From the NCBI GenBank assembly GCA_040007735.1, contig JBDTUL010000001.1, forward strand, positions 3,933-67,932: 64,000 nt of DNA. Reading direction: 5' to 3'. Source of the stretch: Gammaproteobacteria bacterium (GTDB lineage Bacteria; Pseudomonadota; Gammaproteobacteria; Steroidobacterales; Steroidobacteraceae). The notes below the pieces were generated by a model. That model was given only the letters and a program-made list of their open reading frames with translations, did no database searches and had not been told where the DNA came from. Made by a program: the position numbers and the translations under genes. This document shows positions 53,097 through 63,053 of this stretch, piece by piece; the stretch's first letter is position 1; each line of letters begins with the position of its first letter.

Positions 53097-53475
53097 CTAA
53101 CGCCTTTTGGCTCGTGCAGGTCCCCTGACGCTCTTACTTTGGGACCCCGCAGCCTTCCCTGTGCGCTTCGCAGAGCGCCGCGATGTGCCCAGCTCGATCC
53201 ATGTCGGCGCGTGGTCGCTTGCGCCAGCTTCATTGCGCACCCAGCGATCTACTCCGGCGCGCTTGAGTCGCGGCCCCAACGCCTCGGTCAAGAGCACATG
53301 ATGCAGACGCAGCCCGGCGTTGCGCGGCCAATGATTTCGGAAGGAGTCCCAGAACGTGTACACCGGCTCATCCGGGTGAAGCGATCGGATGGAATCGGTC
53401 CAGCCCTGCGCCAGAAGGCGCTCGAATGCGGCACGGCTTTCGCGCCTGGCGCCGGCATTGGGGAGTACCTCCTCC
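53097..53475 (-). pseudogene. exodeoxyribonuclease III (XthA) C-terminal fragment, 5'-truncated
   Basis: ...AFERLLAQGWTDSIRSLHPDEPVYTFWDSFRNHWPRNAGLRLHHVLLTEALGPRLKRAGVDRWVRNEAGASDHAPTWIEL matches the last ~110 aa of ExoIII. The upstream reading frame is closed by a stop right at the P450 gene end. Confidence 0.6.
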
Positions 53476-54765
53476 CTATCGAATCACTCGCACGGGCAGA
53501 TGTTTGAGTCCGCGTAACGTATTGTTGAATCGGCGCTCGGGCTCACCCATCAGCTCGATTCTCGACACGCGCTGGGCCAGCACCTGTAGAACGACCTCGC
53601 CCTCAAGACGCGCGAGAAGCTGACCCACGCAGGCGTGAATGCCCACTCCGAAGCCCACATGCCCGGCCGACGTCCGCTCAATGTCATAGGCGTCGGGGTT
53701 CTGCCAGCGCCGCGGATCGCGATTGGCCGCGCCAAGTAACAATAGTATTTTTCGACCCGCTTCGAGTTGAACTTCGCCGAGCTCGGTTGCTCGCGTGGTC
53801 GTGCGGAAGAAAGTTTGGACGGGAGACTCGAACCGGATCGCTTCCTCAAACGCCGTGCGAGCCAGCTGCGGATTGTCACGCAGCTTCGACCACTGCTGCG
53901 GAAACCGTGCCAGACAGAATATCGCCGCGCCAATACCATTCACCGTGGTGTCGACTCCGGCAGTGAGCATGGCCCGGACCAGCTTGTGCGCCTCGTCTTC
54001 GGTGATTTCCCCCGCATCGGCGCATTCGTACAGAATCATGCCGAGTCCATTCGGTGCGAGATGCTCGCGCAGCGCTTCGGTCTCCACCCACGGGAAAACC
54101 ACCGCCGCGCGCTCCGCAGCCGCCTGAAACAGTTCGTTGGCCGGCCCGAAAGAGTTGAAGACCATATCCCCGTACGGGAGCAGATTCTGCCGATGACCGG
54201 CGCGCATGCCCATGGCATCGGGAAATACGCGCAAGGGGAACGCTTCGGAGAGATCCGTGCAGGCATCGAATTCACCCCGATCGATCAAGGCGTCGATCAT
54301 CGGGATGGCCGCCGCAGTAAACTGATCGCGCAATCGGCGCACCGCCTTTAGCGACAACGCTTTGTTCAAAGCGTTGCGGGATCGCGTGTGTTGCGGCGGA
54401 TCGGCCTCCAGGATGATGCTCGGCAGTCTGAAGCGGCCGTGTCGTACGAAATCAGCCATGCCCACACCGCGCCCTGACGCGAACGTCTCCCAATCCATCA
54501 ATGCGCGCCGCACTTCTTCATAGCGCGCCGTTGCTGCGATCGAGTAACGCGACAGCCAGGCGACTGGCCCGGCCTCACGTAGCGCTGCATGGCTCGGGTA
54601 GGGGTCGCTGAAGAATTCAGTCGAGAACGGGTCAACGTCGACTGCGGGAACCCCCGTTGGCGGGCCGTCGTCGTATACCGCGTAAGGCGAACGAACTGAG
54701 TCTACCAAGACCAACTCCACCTGCTGGCGGTCGAGCGACAACCGCCGCCTTTCCCACCGGTCCAC
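53476..54765 (-). CDS. cytochrome P450
   Basis: 429-aa ORF with heme-ligand loop FGVGIHACVGQLLA, an ExxR motif (EEAIRFESP) and an I-helix-like LTAGVDTT. The true start is uncertain because the ORF overlaps the upstream gene by 64 nt. Confidence 0.85.
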   Translation of the reverse strand: MDRWERRRLSLDRQQVELVLVDSVRSPYAVYDDGPPTGVPAVDVDPFSTEFFSDPYPSHAALREAGPVAWLSRYSIAATARYEEVRRALMDWETFASGRGVGMADFVRHGRFRLPSIILEADPPQHTRSRNALNKALSLKAVRRLRDQFTAAAIPMIDALIDRGEFDACTDLSEAFPLRVFPDAMGMRAGHRQNLLPYGDMVFNSFGPANELFQAAAERAAVVFPWVETEALREHLAPNGLGMILYECADAGEITEDEAHKLVRAMLTAGVDTTVNGIGAAIFCLARFPQQWSKLRDNPQLARTAFEEAIRFESPVQTFFRTTTRATELGEVQLEAGRKILLLLGAANRDPRRWQNPDAYDIERTSAGHVGFGVGIHACVGQLLARLEGEVVLQVLAQRVSRIELMGEPERRFNNTLRGLKHLPVRVIR

Positions 54766-56453
54766 GCACGCCCCCGCACGAATCGTCCGGAGTGAGCACC
54801 AGTTGCCCTGCCTTCACTCATCGCAAACTGCCCGTTCACCAGGACATTGCTGACACCCGTTGCGAGCTGATGCGGACTCTCATAGGTCGCGTGATCTTGG
54901 ATGGCCTGCGGATCGAACACGACGACGTCGGCAAAATAGCCTTGTTTCAGCAGGCCGCGTTTCGACAGGGAGAGATTGGCCGCAGGCAGGCCCGTCATGC
55001 GGTGAATGGCATCGCCGAGCGGCATCGAATGTTTGGAGCGAACATACTCGGCCAGCACCTTGGCAAAATTGCCGTAGGCGCGCGGATGAGAATGCGATTT
55101 CAGGAAGACGCCTTCCGGCGCCGGCGCCGCCTCGTCAGACCCGAAACTCATCCACGGCAGCGCGGCCTCCTTGCGGACATTGGCTTCCGACATCACAAAG
55201 TAGATGACACCGAGCCGGCTGCCATCTTCGATCACCAGATCCATCGCCGCTTCCTGCGGTGTCGTGTGACGCAGCTGCGCGACCTCCGCCAACGATTTCC
55301 CGGTGAGCGACTTGAGTTTGTCGTTCTTGAAGACCGCGAGGATCATGCCCTCCGGGCCCGCCTTCAAGAACAGATTCTCGTACCCCGCGTTCGGGTCGGC
55401 CATCTCGCGTGCGAGTCGGGCACGCACCGCTGGGTCTTTCATTCTTTGTATCCAGGCGTCGAGCCCGCCCTCGCGCACCCACGGCGGCATGGCGGCATCG
55501 AGCCCTGTTCCGCCGGCCGTATAAACATACATGTTTGCAGTGATGCGAACACCGGAGGCCCGGGCTGCCTCGATTTTCTCGATTGCGGCGTCCAGCTTGG
55601 GCCAGTTGGATTTCCCCCCGACCTTCAAGTGATAGATCTCTGCCGGGGCACCGCTGAGTCGCGCGATGGAGAGCGTCTCATCCACCGCTTCGAGAAAGCG
55701 ATCTCCCTCGCTTCGCATGTGGGTGATGTAGATGCCACCGCAGCGGCCCGATTCTGTCGCGAGCGCAGCAAGCTCATCTGTTTTCGCAAAAATCGCGGGC
55801 GTGTAGATGAGCGCCGATGAAACGCCGAGCGCCCCCTCTTCCATGGCTTGCCGAACGAGTCCGTGCATCCGAGTAAGCTGCTGCTCCGAGGGTTGCACAT
55901 CGCCTTCACCGAGCACGAAATCGCGAACCGTCGTCGCTCCGACAAACGACGCGATGTTGAGTGAGACCCCCGCGCGCTCCCGACCCTCCAGGTATTGCCC
56001 GAGCGTGCGCCAATCGATGGGGTACTTGATGTCGGACTGCTGGGCAGCATTGCGTGTAGCCATTGCATCGGTCAACGGGCCCATCGAATCGCCTTCGCCC
56101 ATGACCTCGAGCGTGACGCCCTGGAACAGATCGCTCTCCAGACGTCCATCCACGAAGAGGCTTTCCTGTGCCTGGCTCAGCATGTTGATGAAACCGGGCG
56201 CGACGGCCTGCCCGCGGGCTTCGACGATTCGCCTGGCCGTCATGGGCCTGGACTTGCCCACGTAGGCGATACGGTCACCCCGGATTCCCACATCGCCCGC
56301 ATACGACGGGCCGCCCGTGCCGTCGTAAATCTGGCCGCCCTTGATGACCACGTCATACGGCGCCTCCGCGGCGGCGGCCAGAGACCCCGTGGACGAGAGA
56401 ATCGCCGCGAGACCTGCGAGGCAAGCCGTTCCTCTTCTGCGCTTCGAAGACAT
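54702..56453 (-). CDS. N-acyl-D-amino-acid deacylase (D-aminoacylase) family amidohydrolase, secreted
   Basis: 583 aa with a signal peptide (MSSKRRRGTACLAGLAAILSSTGSLAAAA). YDVVIKGGQIYDGTGGPSYAGDVGIRGDRIAYVG N-terminus and amidohydrolase metal-binding pattern. Confidence 0.8.
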   Translation of the reverse strand: MSSKRRRGTACLAGLAAILSSTGSLAAAAEAPYDVVIKGGQIYDGTGGPSYAGDVGIRGDRIAYVGKSRPMTARRIVEARGQAVAPGFINMLSQAQESLFVDGRLESDLFQGVTLEVMGEGDSMGPLTDAMATRNAAQQSDIKYPIDWRTLGQYLEGRERAGVSLNIASFVGATTVRDFVLGEGDVQPSEQQLTRMHGLVRQAMEEGALGVSSALIYTPAIFAKTDELAALATESGRCGGIYITHMRSEGDRFLEAVDETLSIARLSGAPAEIYHLKVGGKSNWPKLDAAIEKIEAARASGVRITANMYVYTAGGTGLDAAMPPWVREGGLDAWIQRMKDPAVRARLAREMADPNAGYENLFLKAGPEGMILAVFKNDKLKSLTGKSLAEVAQLRHTTPQEAAMDLVIEDGSRLGVIYFVMSEANVRKEAALPWMSFGSDEAAPAPEGVFLKSHSHPRAYGNFAKVLAEYVRSKHSMPLGDAIHRMTGLPAANLSLSKRGLLKQGYFADVVVFDPQAIQDHATYESPHQLATGVSNVLVNGQFAMSEGRATGAHSGRFVRGRAWTGGKGGGCRSTASRWSWSW

Positions 56454-56572
56454 GTGAACCCATCCGTAGCCATATTACTCCGTATGGGACCTTAAGTCCT
56501 GTATGGAGACTTGTCAATCGAAAGCCCGATCGCTGCTACAATCGCTGCCCCAAGAGGGAAGCGAGGATCGGA

Positions 56573-57298
56573 ATGAGTGACCACGGGCCAACGCTAGGCG
56601 AGCTGCTGCGAGGACTGCGAACTCGTAACCACTGGACGCTTCAAGAGATGAGCGACAAGACCGGCATTCCGCGCTCGACCCTTGCCAAAGTCGAACACGA
56701 TCGCCTCACGCTCGGCTACGACAAACTTCAGCAGATCAGCCAGCGGCTCAAGATGAGGATGTCGGAGCTGTTTGCGGCTCCCGGAGATGAATCCGAAACG
56801 CGGGCCCTCACCCGGCGCAGCGTCGGCACGCTACAGAGCGCCGTGCACGTGGACTCTCCCAATTACGAGCACTTCTTCCTCTGCCCGGACCTGCGCAAGA
56901 AGCGGATGATTCCGATGCTCTCGCGAGTGCGAGCCCGAACGCTTGCTGAATTCGGCGAACTGGTGCGGCATTCCGGCGAAGAGTTCTTCTACGTTCTCGA
57001 AGGGCGCATTGAAGTGCACACCGAATTCTACGAACCCATCATCGTAGAGAAGGGGCAGTGCATTTATCTCGATTCGACGATGGGCCACGCCTATCTCGCG
57101 GGGCCGGGTTGCGAGGAAGCCGTGGCGGTGGGCGGCTGCGCCAGCGCCGATGAGACGCTGCTGGATTCGTTCGTGAAACCCGGATTTCATGAAGGGCGGG
57201 AGGCCGCCAACAAAGCTCCCGTGATCAGGGTGGCAGAGGTAGCGGCAGTTCGGCAGACGCGAAAGGCGGCGCCTCGCGCGAAGGCGCGTAGACGCTGA
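56573..57298 (+). CDS. XRE-family transcriptional regulator with C-terminal cupin domain
   Basis: HTH (LGELLRGLRTRNHWTLQEMSDKTGIPRSTLAKVEHD) followed by a cupin fold (HSGEEFFYVLEGRIEVH...YLDSTMGHAY). Confidence 0.8.
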   Translation: MSDHGPTLGELLRGLRTRNHWTLQEMSDKTGIPRSTLAKVEHDRLTLGYDKLQQISQRLKMRMSELFAAPGDESETRALTRRSVGTLQSAVHVDSPNYEHFFLCPDLRKKRMIPMLSRVRARTLAEFGELVRHSGEEFFYVLEGRIEVHTEFYEPIIVEKGQCIYLDSTMGHAYLAGPGCEEAVAVGGCASADETLLDSFVKPGFHEGREAANKAPVIRVAEVAAVRQTRKAAPRAKARRR

Positions 57299-57331
57299 CG
57301 GTAGGCGCCCGCGGGTTGAATGCCTACGTTT

Positions 57332-57748
57332 TTAGGCCACGGCTTCGAAAAGGATGTCGCGGCTGCCGTGCCAAAGGATCTGCTCGCCGAGCGTCGCCAG
57401 TCGATCGAGCCCTTCGGTGATCGTTAGAATCCGGTTACCGGCAAGGTCGCCGGCCACACTGCTGAAGCGCGCGGCTCCGTAGGGAAGAAGGATTTCTGTC
57501 TCGCTGATGCCTGCGGGATAGAACAGCAACTGGCCTGGCTGCGGATGGCTGACAGGGTTTTCCGGCTCGACGCCCAGGTCGAAGTTGCCCAACGGAATCC
57601 AGCAGGCCTGGCCACTCCAACGTGCGTGAATGATCTTCTGGGCGAACGGCAATATCGCCTCGAACGCCGCGCAGGTCTGCCGCGACAACTCCCGCTCCCA
57701 ATGCGCGGTGAACACCTGGTCGCCCACTGTGATTCTGACGCGCTGCAT
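57332..57748 (-). CDS. DUF3830-family (cyclophilin-like fold) protein
   Basis: ORF trimmed to ATG 57748 (MQRVRITVGDQVFTAHWE...HARWSGQACWIPL). Family assignment from memory, moderate certainty. Confidence 0.55.
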   Translation of the reverse strand: MQRVRITVGDQVFTAHWERELSRQTCAAFEAILPFAQKIIHARWSGQACWIPLGNFDLGVEPENPVSHPQPGQLLFYPAGISETEILLPYGAARFSSVAGDLAGNRILTITEGLDRLATLGEQILWHGSRDILFEAVA

Positions 57749-57839
57749 ACGATCCGGCCCCAATTTCTCTATACAGGTTCATTGTACCTGACTAGGATTC
57801 CTGCCGACAGTGTCACCCTCAATGGCAGGTTCCCACTCG

Positions 57840-58964
57840 ATGCGAATCGAACACGACATCGTGGTGATTGGCGGCGGCATGGCCGGCGCCTCGATCGCCG
57901 CGCATCTTTCCGAGCACGCTTCCGTACGCCTCCTGGAGATGGAGCCGCAACCCGGCTATCACTCCACCGGCCGCTCGGCCGCCCTCTTCGCCGAATCCTA
58001 TGGAAATGCCGTCATACGCGCGCTGACCCGTGCCAGTCGCGCCTTCTTCCATGCACCTCCCGCGTCGTTCTGCTCCGTGCCACTCCTGAGACCGCGCGAC
58101 GTCCTGATCACGGCTCGCACGGGGCAGACCGCAGCCCTCGAGGCCTTCATCGGTTCGACGAAACCCGGCGACGACATTGAAGCGATATCGGTCCGCGAGG
58201 CGTTGCAGATGTGGCCGCTCCTGCGCGCCGAGGGTCTCCAGGCCGCAGCACTCTGCCGCTGGACAGCCGATATCGAGGTGCACGAGCTGCACCACGCGTA
58301 TCTGCGGTTGTTACAGAGCCGAAAAGGCGTTGTTACTACGCGAGCGGAAGTCATTGCGCTCGAGCGCAACGCGAACGGGTGGTCGGTCGCGACTACACAG
58401 GACACTGTGCGTGCTCGAATCGTCGTCAACGCTGCGGGCGCGTGGGCCGGCGAAATCGGTAAGCTCGCGGGCGCGATGGACATCGGCCTTCAACCTTTGA
58501 AACGCACGGCATGTCTCATCGACGTGCCGACGGGGCATGCCGCGGATTCGTGGCCGATGCTGATCGATGCCAAAGAGCAGTTCTATGTGAAGCCCGACGC
58601 CGGCCTGCTGCTGCTGTCTCCAGCCGATGAGACCCTGACTCAACCTTGCGATGCCCAGGCCGATGAGCTCGATATCGCAATCGCAGTGGACCGTCTCGAG
58701 CAGGCCACCACCTTCAGCGTCAAGCGCATCACGCACAGATGGGCCGGGCTACGCTCCTTCGTCAGCGATCGCTCGCCGGTTGTGGGCTACGACCGCCAGC
58801 AACCCGACTTCTTCTGGATGGCAGCTCTCGGCGGATACGGCATCCAGACCGCCCCGGCGCTCAGTCGCGTTGCCGCTTCGTTGACCTTGGGCCAGCCCAT
58901 AGATGAGGAATTGCTCGCGCACGGCGTGGTGCCAGCAGCACTGGCTCCGGATCGCCTTCAATGA
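57840..58964 (+). CDS. FAD-dependent oxidoreductase (DAO family, D-amino-acid/opine oxidase-like)
   Basis: ORF trimmed to ATG 57840. DIVVIGGGMAGASIAAHL dinucleotide fold and HSTGRSAALF motif. Confidence 0.8.
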   Translation: MRIEHDIVVIGGGMAGASIAAHLSEHASVRLLEMEPQPGYHSTGRSAALFAESYGNAVIRALTRASRAFFHAPPASFCSVPLLRPRDVLITARTGQTAALEAFIGSTKPGDDIEAISVREALQMWPLLRAEGLQAAALCRWTADIEVHELHHAYLRLLQSRKGVVTTRAEVIALERNANGWSVATTQDTVRARIVVNAAGAWAGEIGKLAGAMDIGLQPLKRTACLIDVPTGHAADSWPMLIDAKEQFYVKPDAGLLLLSPADETLTQPCDAQADELDIAIAVDRLEQATTFSVKRITHRWAGLRSFVSDRSPVVGYDRQQPDFFWMAALGGYGIQTAPALSRVAASLTLGQPIDEELLAHGVVPAALAPDRLQ

Positions 58965-60118
58965 CTGCCTGGGATTTCTCCGGCCTCGGTGCCGATAGTG
59001 AGAACCCGGGCCTCGGGCCCTAGTTTCAACGATTCACGGAAAGCGCTTTGCCTGCCGATCTCGATCAGGCCGGCAAGCCCCGCGGCGCCCGACGGTCCGA
59101 CATCTATCGGCGCAGCCTCGCCGATGGCATTGCAATCCCCTAGCAGATCGACCGCGCGGCGTGCTGCTTCGTCATCTATGGCGATGAATGCATCCGCGCG
59201 ATGTTTGAGAACGTTCCAGGCGACGGGAGAGGCTTCACCGCAGGAAAGCATCTCCATGACAGTGGTGAGGTCACCGCCGATGCGTGCCGGGACGCCGAAA
59301 CGTGCGCTTTCCATCAAACAAGCTGATGCGCGCGGCTCAACGACGACCACAGTCGGCCGCTCTCGCCCCAGCGACTGGGCAAAGGAGCCGGCGACTGCCG
59401 CGGCCAGCCCGCCAACCCCGCCTTGAACGAAGACATGTGTGGGCAGTCGCGCGCGCTCGATTTGAGCGAGCACCTCGAGGATCATCACGGAATATCCCTG
59501 GATGATCTCTGCCGGCACCTGCTCGAAGTCCGACTCACTGGTGTCCGCGATGAGGATGTATCCGGGATTGCCCGCAACGTCGCGCGCGACGCGGACGGAG
59601 TCGTCATAGTTGCCCGATGTGCGGCGGACGTCGGCCCCCTGACGAGCGATCGCCTTCGCTTTATATACGGAAGCGTGCCGATGCATGAACACGATGCAGT
59701 GGCACCCAAAGCGCCTGGCCGCATGCGCCACCGACAAGCCGTGATTGCCGTCGGTGGCACAACACAGTGTGTAGGTCTTCAATTCGGCCGCGTACTTGCC
59801 GCTATGAATATCCGTGAGCGTGGCGTCGATACCGAAGCCAGCAGCAAGCCGGCGTTGCAACTCGCGTGTCGCGGCGTAGCCTCCGCCGAGTGCTTTGAAG
59901 CTACCGAGTCCGAAACGCGCTCCTTCATCCTTGTACAAAATCTCCTGCACACCCAGCGAAGCGGCCAATTTACCGAGCGTACGTAACGGAGTGGGTGCGT
60001 AGCCAGGCCAGCGACGCATCTCTTCCAACGCCTCTTTGGAGGTTTGTATCGAGAGAACGCGCCGTTCGGCGTCCGTGTAGCTTTCCCGATGTGAGCGGGG
60101 ATTCAAAACCAGTTCCAT
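58958..60118 (-). CDS. diaminopropionate ammonia-lyase (PLP-dependent, YgeX/DpaL-like)
   Basis: ORF trimmed to ATG 60118 (MELVLNPRSH...). YAPTPL, KDEGARFGLGSFKALGGGYA, ATDGNHG, NYDDSVR and IIQGY match recalled E. coli YgeX. Confidence 0.8.
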   Translation of the reverse strand: MELVLNPRSHRESYTDAERRVLSIQTSKEALEEMRRWPGYAPTPLRTLGKLAASLGVQEILYKDEGARFGLGSFKALGGGYAATRELQRRLAAGFGIDATLTDIHSGKYAAELKTYTLCCATDGNHGLSVAHAARRFGCHCIVFMHRHASVYKAKAIARQGADVRRTSGNYDDSVRVARDVAGNPGYILIADTSESDFEQVPAEIIQGYSVMILEVLAQIERARLPTHVFVQGGVGGLAAAVAGSFAQSLGRERPTVVVVEPRASACLMESARFGVPARIGGDLTTVMEMLSCGEASPVAWNVLKHRADAFIAIDDEAARRAVDLLGDCNAIGEAAPIDVGPSGAAGLAGLIEIGRQSAFRESLKLGPEARVLTIGTEAGEIPGSH

Positions 60119-60132
60119 GGAAGGGTTTGCGC

Positions 60133-62088
60133 TTACCAGCCGGAGAACCCGAGCAGTCCCCAGTATCGGAGTGTGACGGCACAGGAAATGAAGATCACAT
60201 AGCTCGCGGCGACGCCGGTCCACCGACGCCACGACCAGACACGGGGTCGCGCAACCAACACTGCGATAGTCAGCACAGTGGTGATCAGAGCAGCGGCCGC
60301 AAATAACCAGCAAGCCACAGGAAACAGCATGCCCGGGTATTGCGTGAGCAGCGCTTCGGTGTCGACCAGCCATGGCGCGATGCTGATCCAGGTGAGCGCA
60401 AAGGCGACGAGCCATAGGGCAGCACCGATGTGCCAAGCACCCCCACCGTCGTCACTACCGCGCCGGCTGCCGGCGTCTCGCACGAGTTGAATGGAACCGC
60501 CCACGGCAGCGACGTGGGCCAGTAGCACGATGAGCAGCAACCAGGTCGAGCCTGCGAAGAAACCAATACGCTGCTGCGGCTCGAGCACGTCAGCCTGGAG
60601 CAGCAGCAAGTCACCGTCTTTCCGACGGAACTCGATGCGGTTGCCCGTGCCCGGTTCCTGATACGCGCCGTTTCCGACAGGCGCAAAACGTGTCGCCTCG
60701 CCTTCACTTCGGACAGGGTTGTCATAGAGCCCGGACACAAGGGCATCGCCATTGCCGTCCAACTTCACGCTTACCGCTTTCAGGTTGAGGAAGGCGCGCT
60801 CTGTGCGGAAATAGGCTCTGCGCACCGCTCGATAGTTTCCGACGATTTCTGAATCTGCGATTTCCGGGGCGGCATTCGGTCTCACCTGCGCGGCCGACGG
60901 AGGACTCGCGACGGCAGCGGGATTCTCGCCCAGGAGGTACGAGCCGATGAGCCTGGGGAGACGCTGCACCAGATCTTTTCCAGATGACGTGTTGGTCCCG
61001 ACGAAAATTCCGAGACCCAGATCCGGCGCGACGATCATCGTGGAATGCTGATAGTAGGTCTCACCGTCATGGCCGAAAGCGAATCGCGAACCAGGCAGAG
61101 GAATCTGGAAGAAGCCGTGATAGGTAGTGCCAAAGCCTGGAGGGTTGGTAACGAGCGGCTCCAGCATGGTGTGAAGGCTCTGTGCCGTGAGTACGCCCGA
61201 CGCCTCAAGCACTTCCGGATTGAGCAGCGCCCTCATGTACGCGGCCATGTCGTTGGCGTTCGCCACCATTCCGGCCGCCGGACCATAGTGCGTGAGCACC
61301 TCCGGCGGCGCCTCCTCCAATCGGTCGTTCTCCCATTGAAACCCGCGGCTCAACATCGCGGCGCCAGCCGCGTCGATAGGTTTCGGCAGGCCCCGCCCCG
61401 CCGCCACGTCTGCAGGCAGCGCTTCCCGGAACGTCGTAAGTCGCATGCCGAGCGGGCGCAGGACTTGTCGTTCAGCGAACTCCTCCCAGGGCATTCCGCT
61501 CACCTCTGAGACGAGGACGCCCGCGAGGTCCGTGCCATAGTTGGAGTACACCCCAATCTCGCCGGGCGGCAGCACACGATGAGGCCGATATCTCGCCACG
61601 TAGGTTTTGAGCGGCAATTCGCGCCGGGGGTCTTCCACCACCATGTGGCCCAGCACGCTTTGTTCGAAGCCCGCTGTGTGCGACATCAAATGCCACACCA
61701 GAATGGGCTGAGTAAAGCCCTCGTCCGGCACTTGCAGCGGCTTCGGCAGATACCGGTTGATAGGGTCGCTCAACTTGATTCTGCCCTGCTCGACCAGTTG
61801 CATCAGCGCGATCCAGACAATGGTTTTGGAGACCGAGCCGACGCGGCACAAGGTATCCGCGGTCATCCGGGTGCGAGGGCTTAGGGCGGAAATGCCATAT
61901 CCCTTGGCCATCAGAACGGCGTCGCGCCCTACGATGGCGACGCTTACACCGGCGAGCCGATCCCGCTGCATGCCGTCGGCGACGGCGCCATCCACGAAAT
62001 CCGCCAGTCGTGCAACATCGAAGGCGGCGCGGGCAGGTGTCGCGTGGAGACACAGCGCGCAGAGGAGCAGCACTATGAGACGGTTCAT
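60133..62088 (-). CDS. serine hydrolase (beta-lactamase/D-aminopeptidase-type, SxxK) with C-terminal 4-TM extension
   Basis: Signal peptide from ATG 62088 (MNRLIVLLLCALCLHATPARA). Active-site SVSK. C-terminal ~150 aa form four hydrophobic helices. Confidence 0.8.
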   Translation of the reverse strand: MNRLIVLLLCALCLHATPARAAFDVARLADFVDGAVADGMQRDRLAGVSVAIVGRDAVLMAKGYGISALSPRTRMTADTLCRVGSVSKTIVWIALMQLVEQGRIKLSDPINRYLPKPLQVPDEGFTQPILVWHLMSHTAGFEQSVLGHMVVEDPRRELPLKTYVARYRPHRVLPPGEIGVYSNYGTDLAGVLVSEVSGMPWEEFAERQVLRPLGMRLTTFREALPADVAAGRGLPKPIDAAGAAMLSRGFQWENDRLEEAPPEVLTHYGPAAGMVANANDMAAYMRALLNPEVLEASGVLTAQSLHTMLEPLVTNPPGFGTTYHGFFQIPLPGSRFAFGHDGETYYQHSTMIVAPDLGLGIFVGTNTSSGKDLVQRLPRLIGSYLLGENPAAVASPPSAAQVRPNAAPEIADSEIVGNYRAVRRAYFRTERAFLNLKAVSVKLDGNGDALVSGLYDNPVRSEGEATRFAPVGNGAYQEPGTGNRIEFRRKDGDLLLLQADVLEPQQRIGFFAGSTWLLLIVLLAHVAAVGGSIQLVRDAGSRRGSDDGGGAWHIGAALWLVAFALTWISIAPWLVDTEALLTQYPGMLFPVACWLFAAAALITTVLTIAVLVARPRVWSWRRWTGVAASYVIFISCAVTLRYWGLLGFSGW

Positions 62089-62116
62089 AGGAAGCCCGCT
62101 CGATCTCTCGGATCGC

Positions 62117-63043
62117 TCAAGGGGTCGCATCCGCGTTGTAGAAATCGACGAAGTCGACGAAATCCGAGACCTCCCGCATGTCCTGGCCGACGAACTGAAT
62201 CGAGTGCGAGTCGACGCGCTTCACGACACGCAAATAGGCCAACACTTCGGCCGGCATATAGTTCTTGAATGTCAGGTCCAGTCTGATCGGGTGTGCAATC
62301 TTGAAAGGCGCGCGCTGTTCACGGTGCGCCATCGCAGCCAGCACCCCCTTGTATATTCGATCGCAGGCTTCCGCCGGTATCAGTGTCTCTGCCGAATGAA
62401 ACCCCAGACTGGTCTTGGTGGCGACGGAGTCGATGGGGCCGAGCCGCTCCTGAATCTCTCGAACGGCGGCGTCATCGCCTGACACGAAGATCACCGGTAC
62501 GTTCAAATCGCCCGCGTAAGCGGCATTGAACTCCGCCTCGGTGACGGGCCTGTCGTTCAGCGCCAGCCGAGCGAAGTGCGCGCTGGAGACGGTATGCGCG
62601 CGCACGCCGGTCGTGTTCGTCGTGGATGCGTGGTTGCCGATGAGCACCGCCGCGGCGAACGTGGAGTCCAATCCCGCCATCATGGCGCCGTGCCTTGGAA
62701 AAGACCGCACAACTCTTACATCCTTCGGAAATTGCTCCACCAGCAGACTCTCGCCGTTGCCGTGGGAATCGCTCACAACCACTTCCGTAGCGCCCGCGTC
62801 CTTTGCGGCGCGGACGGCGGCCATTGCTTCATCGGTCATGAACCGGCGGAATCGCTCGTACTCGAATCCCGCAGGATTGAGCTGATCCGCGGTCACGACG
62901 CCGGCGACACCTTCCATGTCGACCGAAATGTAGACCTTCAGATCCGCAGGTGCCGACGCATGTCTATGGGAGGCTCCGACAGACGTCGGCATCGTGCCGA
63001 TTGCAAACAGAGTCGAAATGAAGCAAGCGAGTCTCGGTGTCAT
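62117..63043 (-). CDS. M55-family D-aminopeptidase (DppA-like), secreted
   Basis: ORF trimmed to ATG 63043. KVYISVDMEGVAGV, VVVSDSHGNG and IFVSGDDAAV match the DppA/peptidase M55 pattern. Confidence 0.8.
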   Translation of the reverse strand: MTPRLACFISTLFAIGTMPTSVGASHRHASAPADLKVYISVDMEGVAGVVTADQLNPAGFEYERFRRFMTDEAMAAVRAAKDAGATEVVVSDSHGNGESLLVEQFPKDVRVVRSFPRHGAMMAGLDSTFAAAVLIGNHASTTNTTGVRAHTVSSAHFARLALNDRPVTEAEFNAAYAGDLNVPVIFVSGDDAAVREIQERLGPIDSVATKTSLGFHSAETLIPAEACDRIYKGVLAAMAHREQRAPFKIAHPIRLDLTFKNYMPAEVLAYLRVVKRVDSHSIQFVGQDMREVSDFVDFVDFYNADATP

Positions 63044-63053
63044 GACCTGCCTT

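Larger units (their letters stand above)
49937..53475. mobile_element. degraded integrative-element scar (truncated relaxase, truncated integrase, possible AlpA remnant, 5'-truncated xthA at the edge)
   Basis: See the component pseudogenes. No intact transfer, excision or integration gene remains. Confidence 0.55.
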
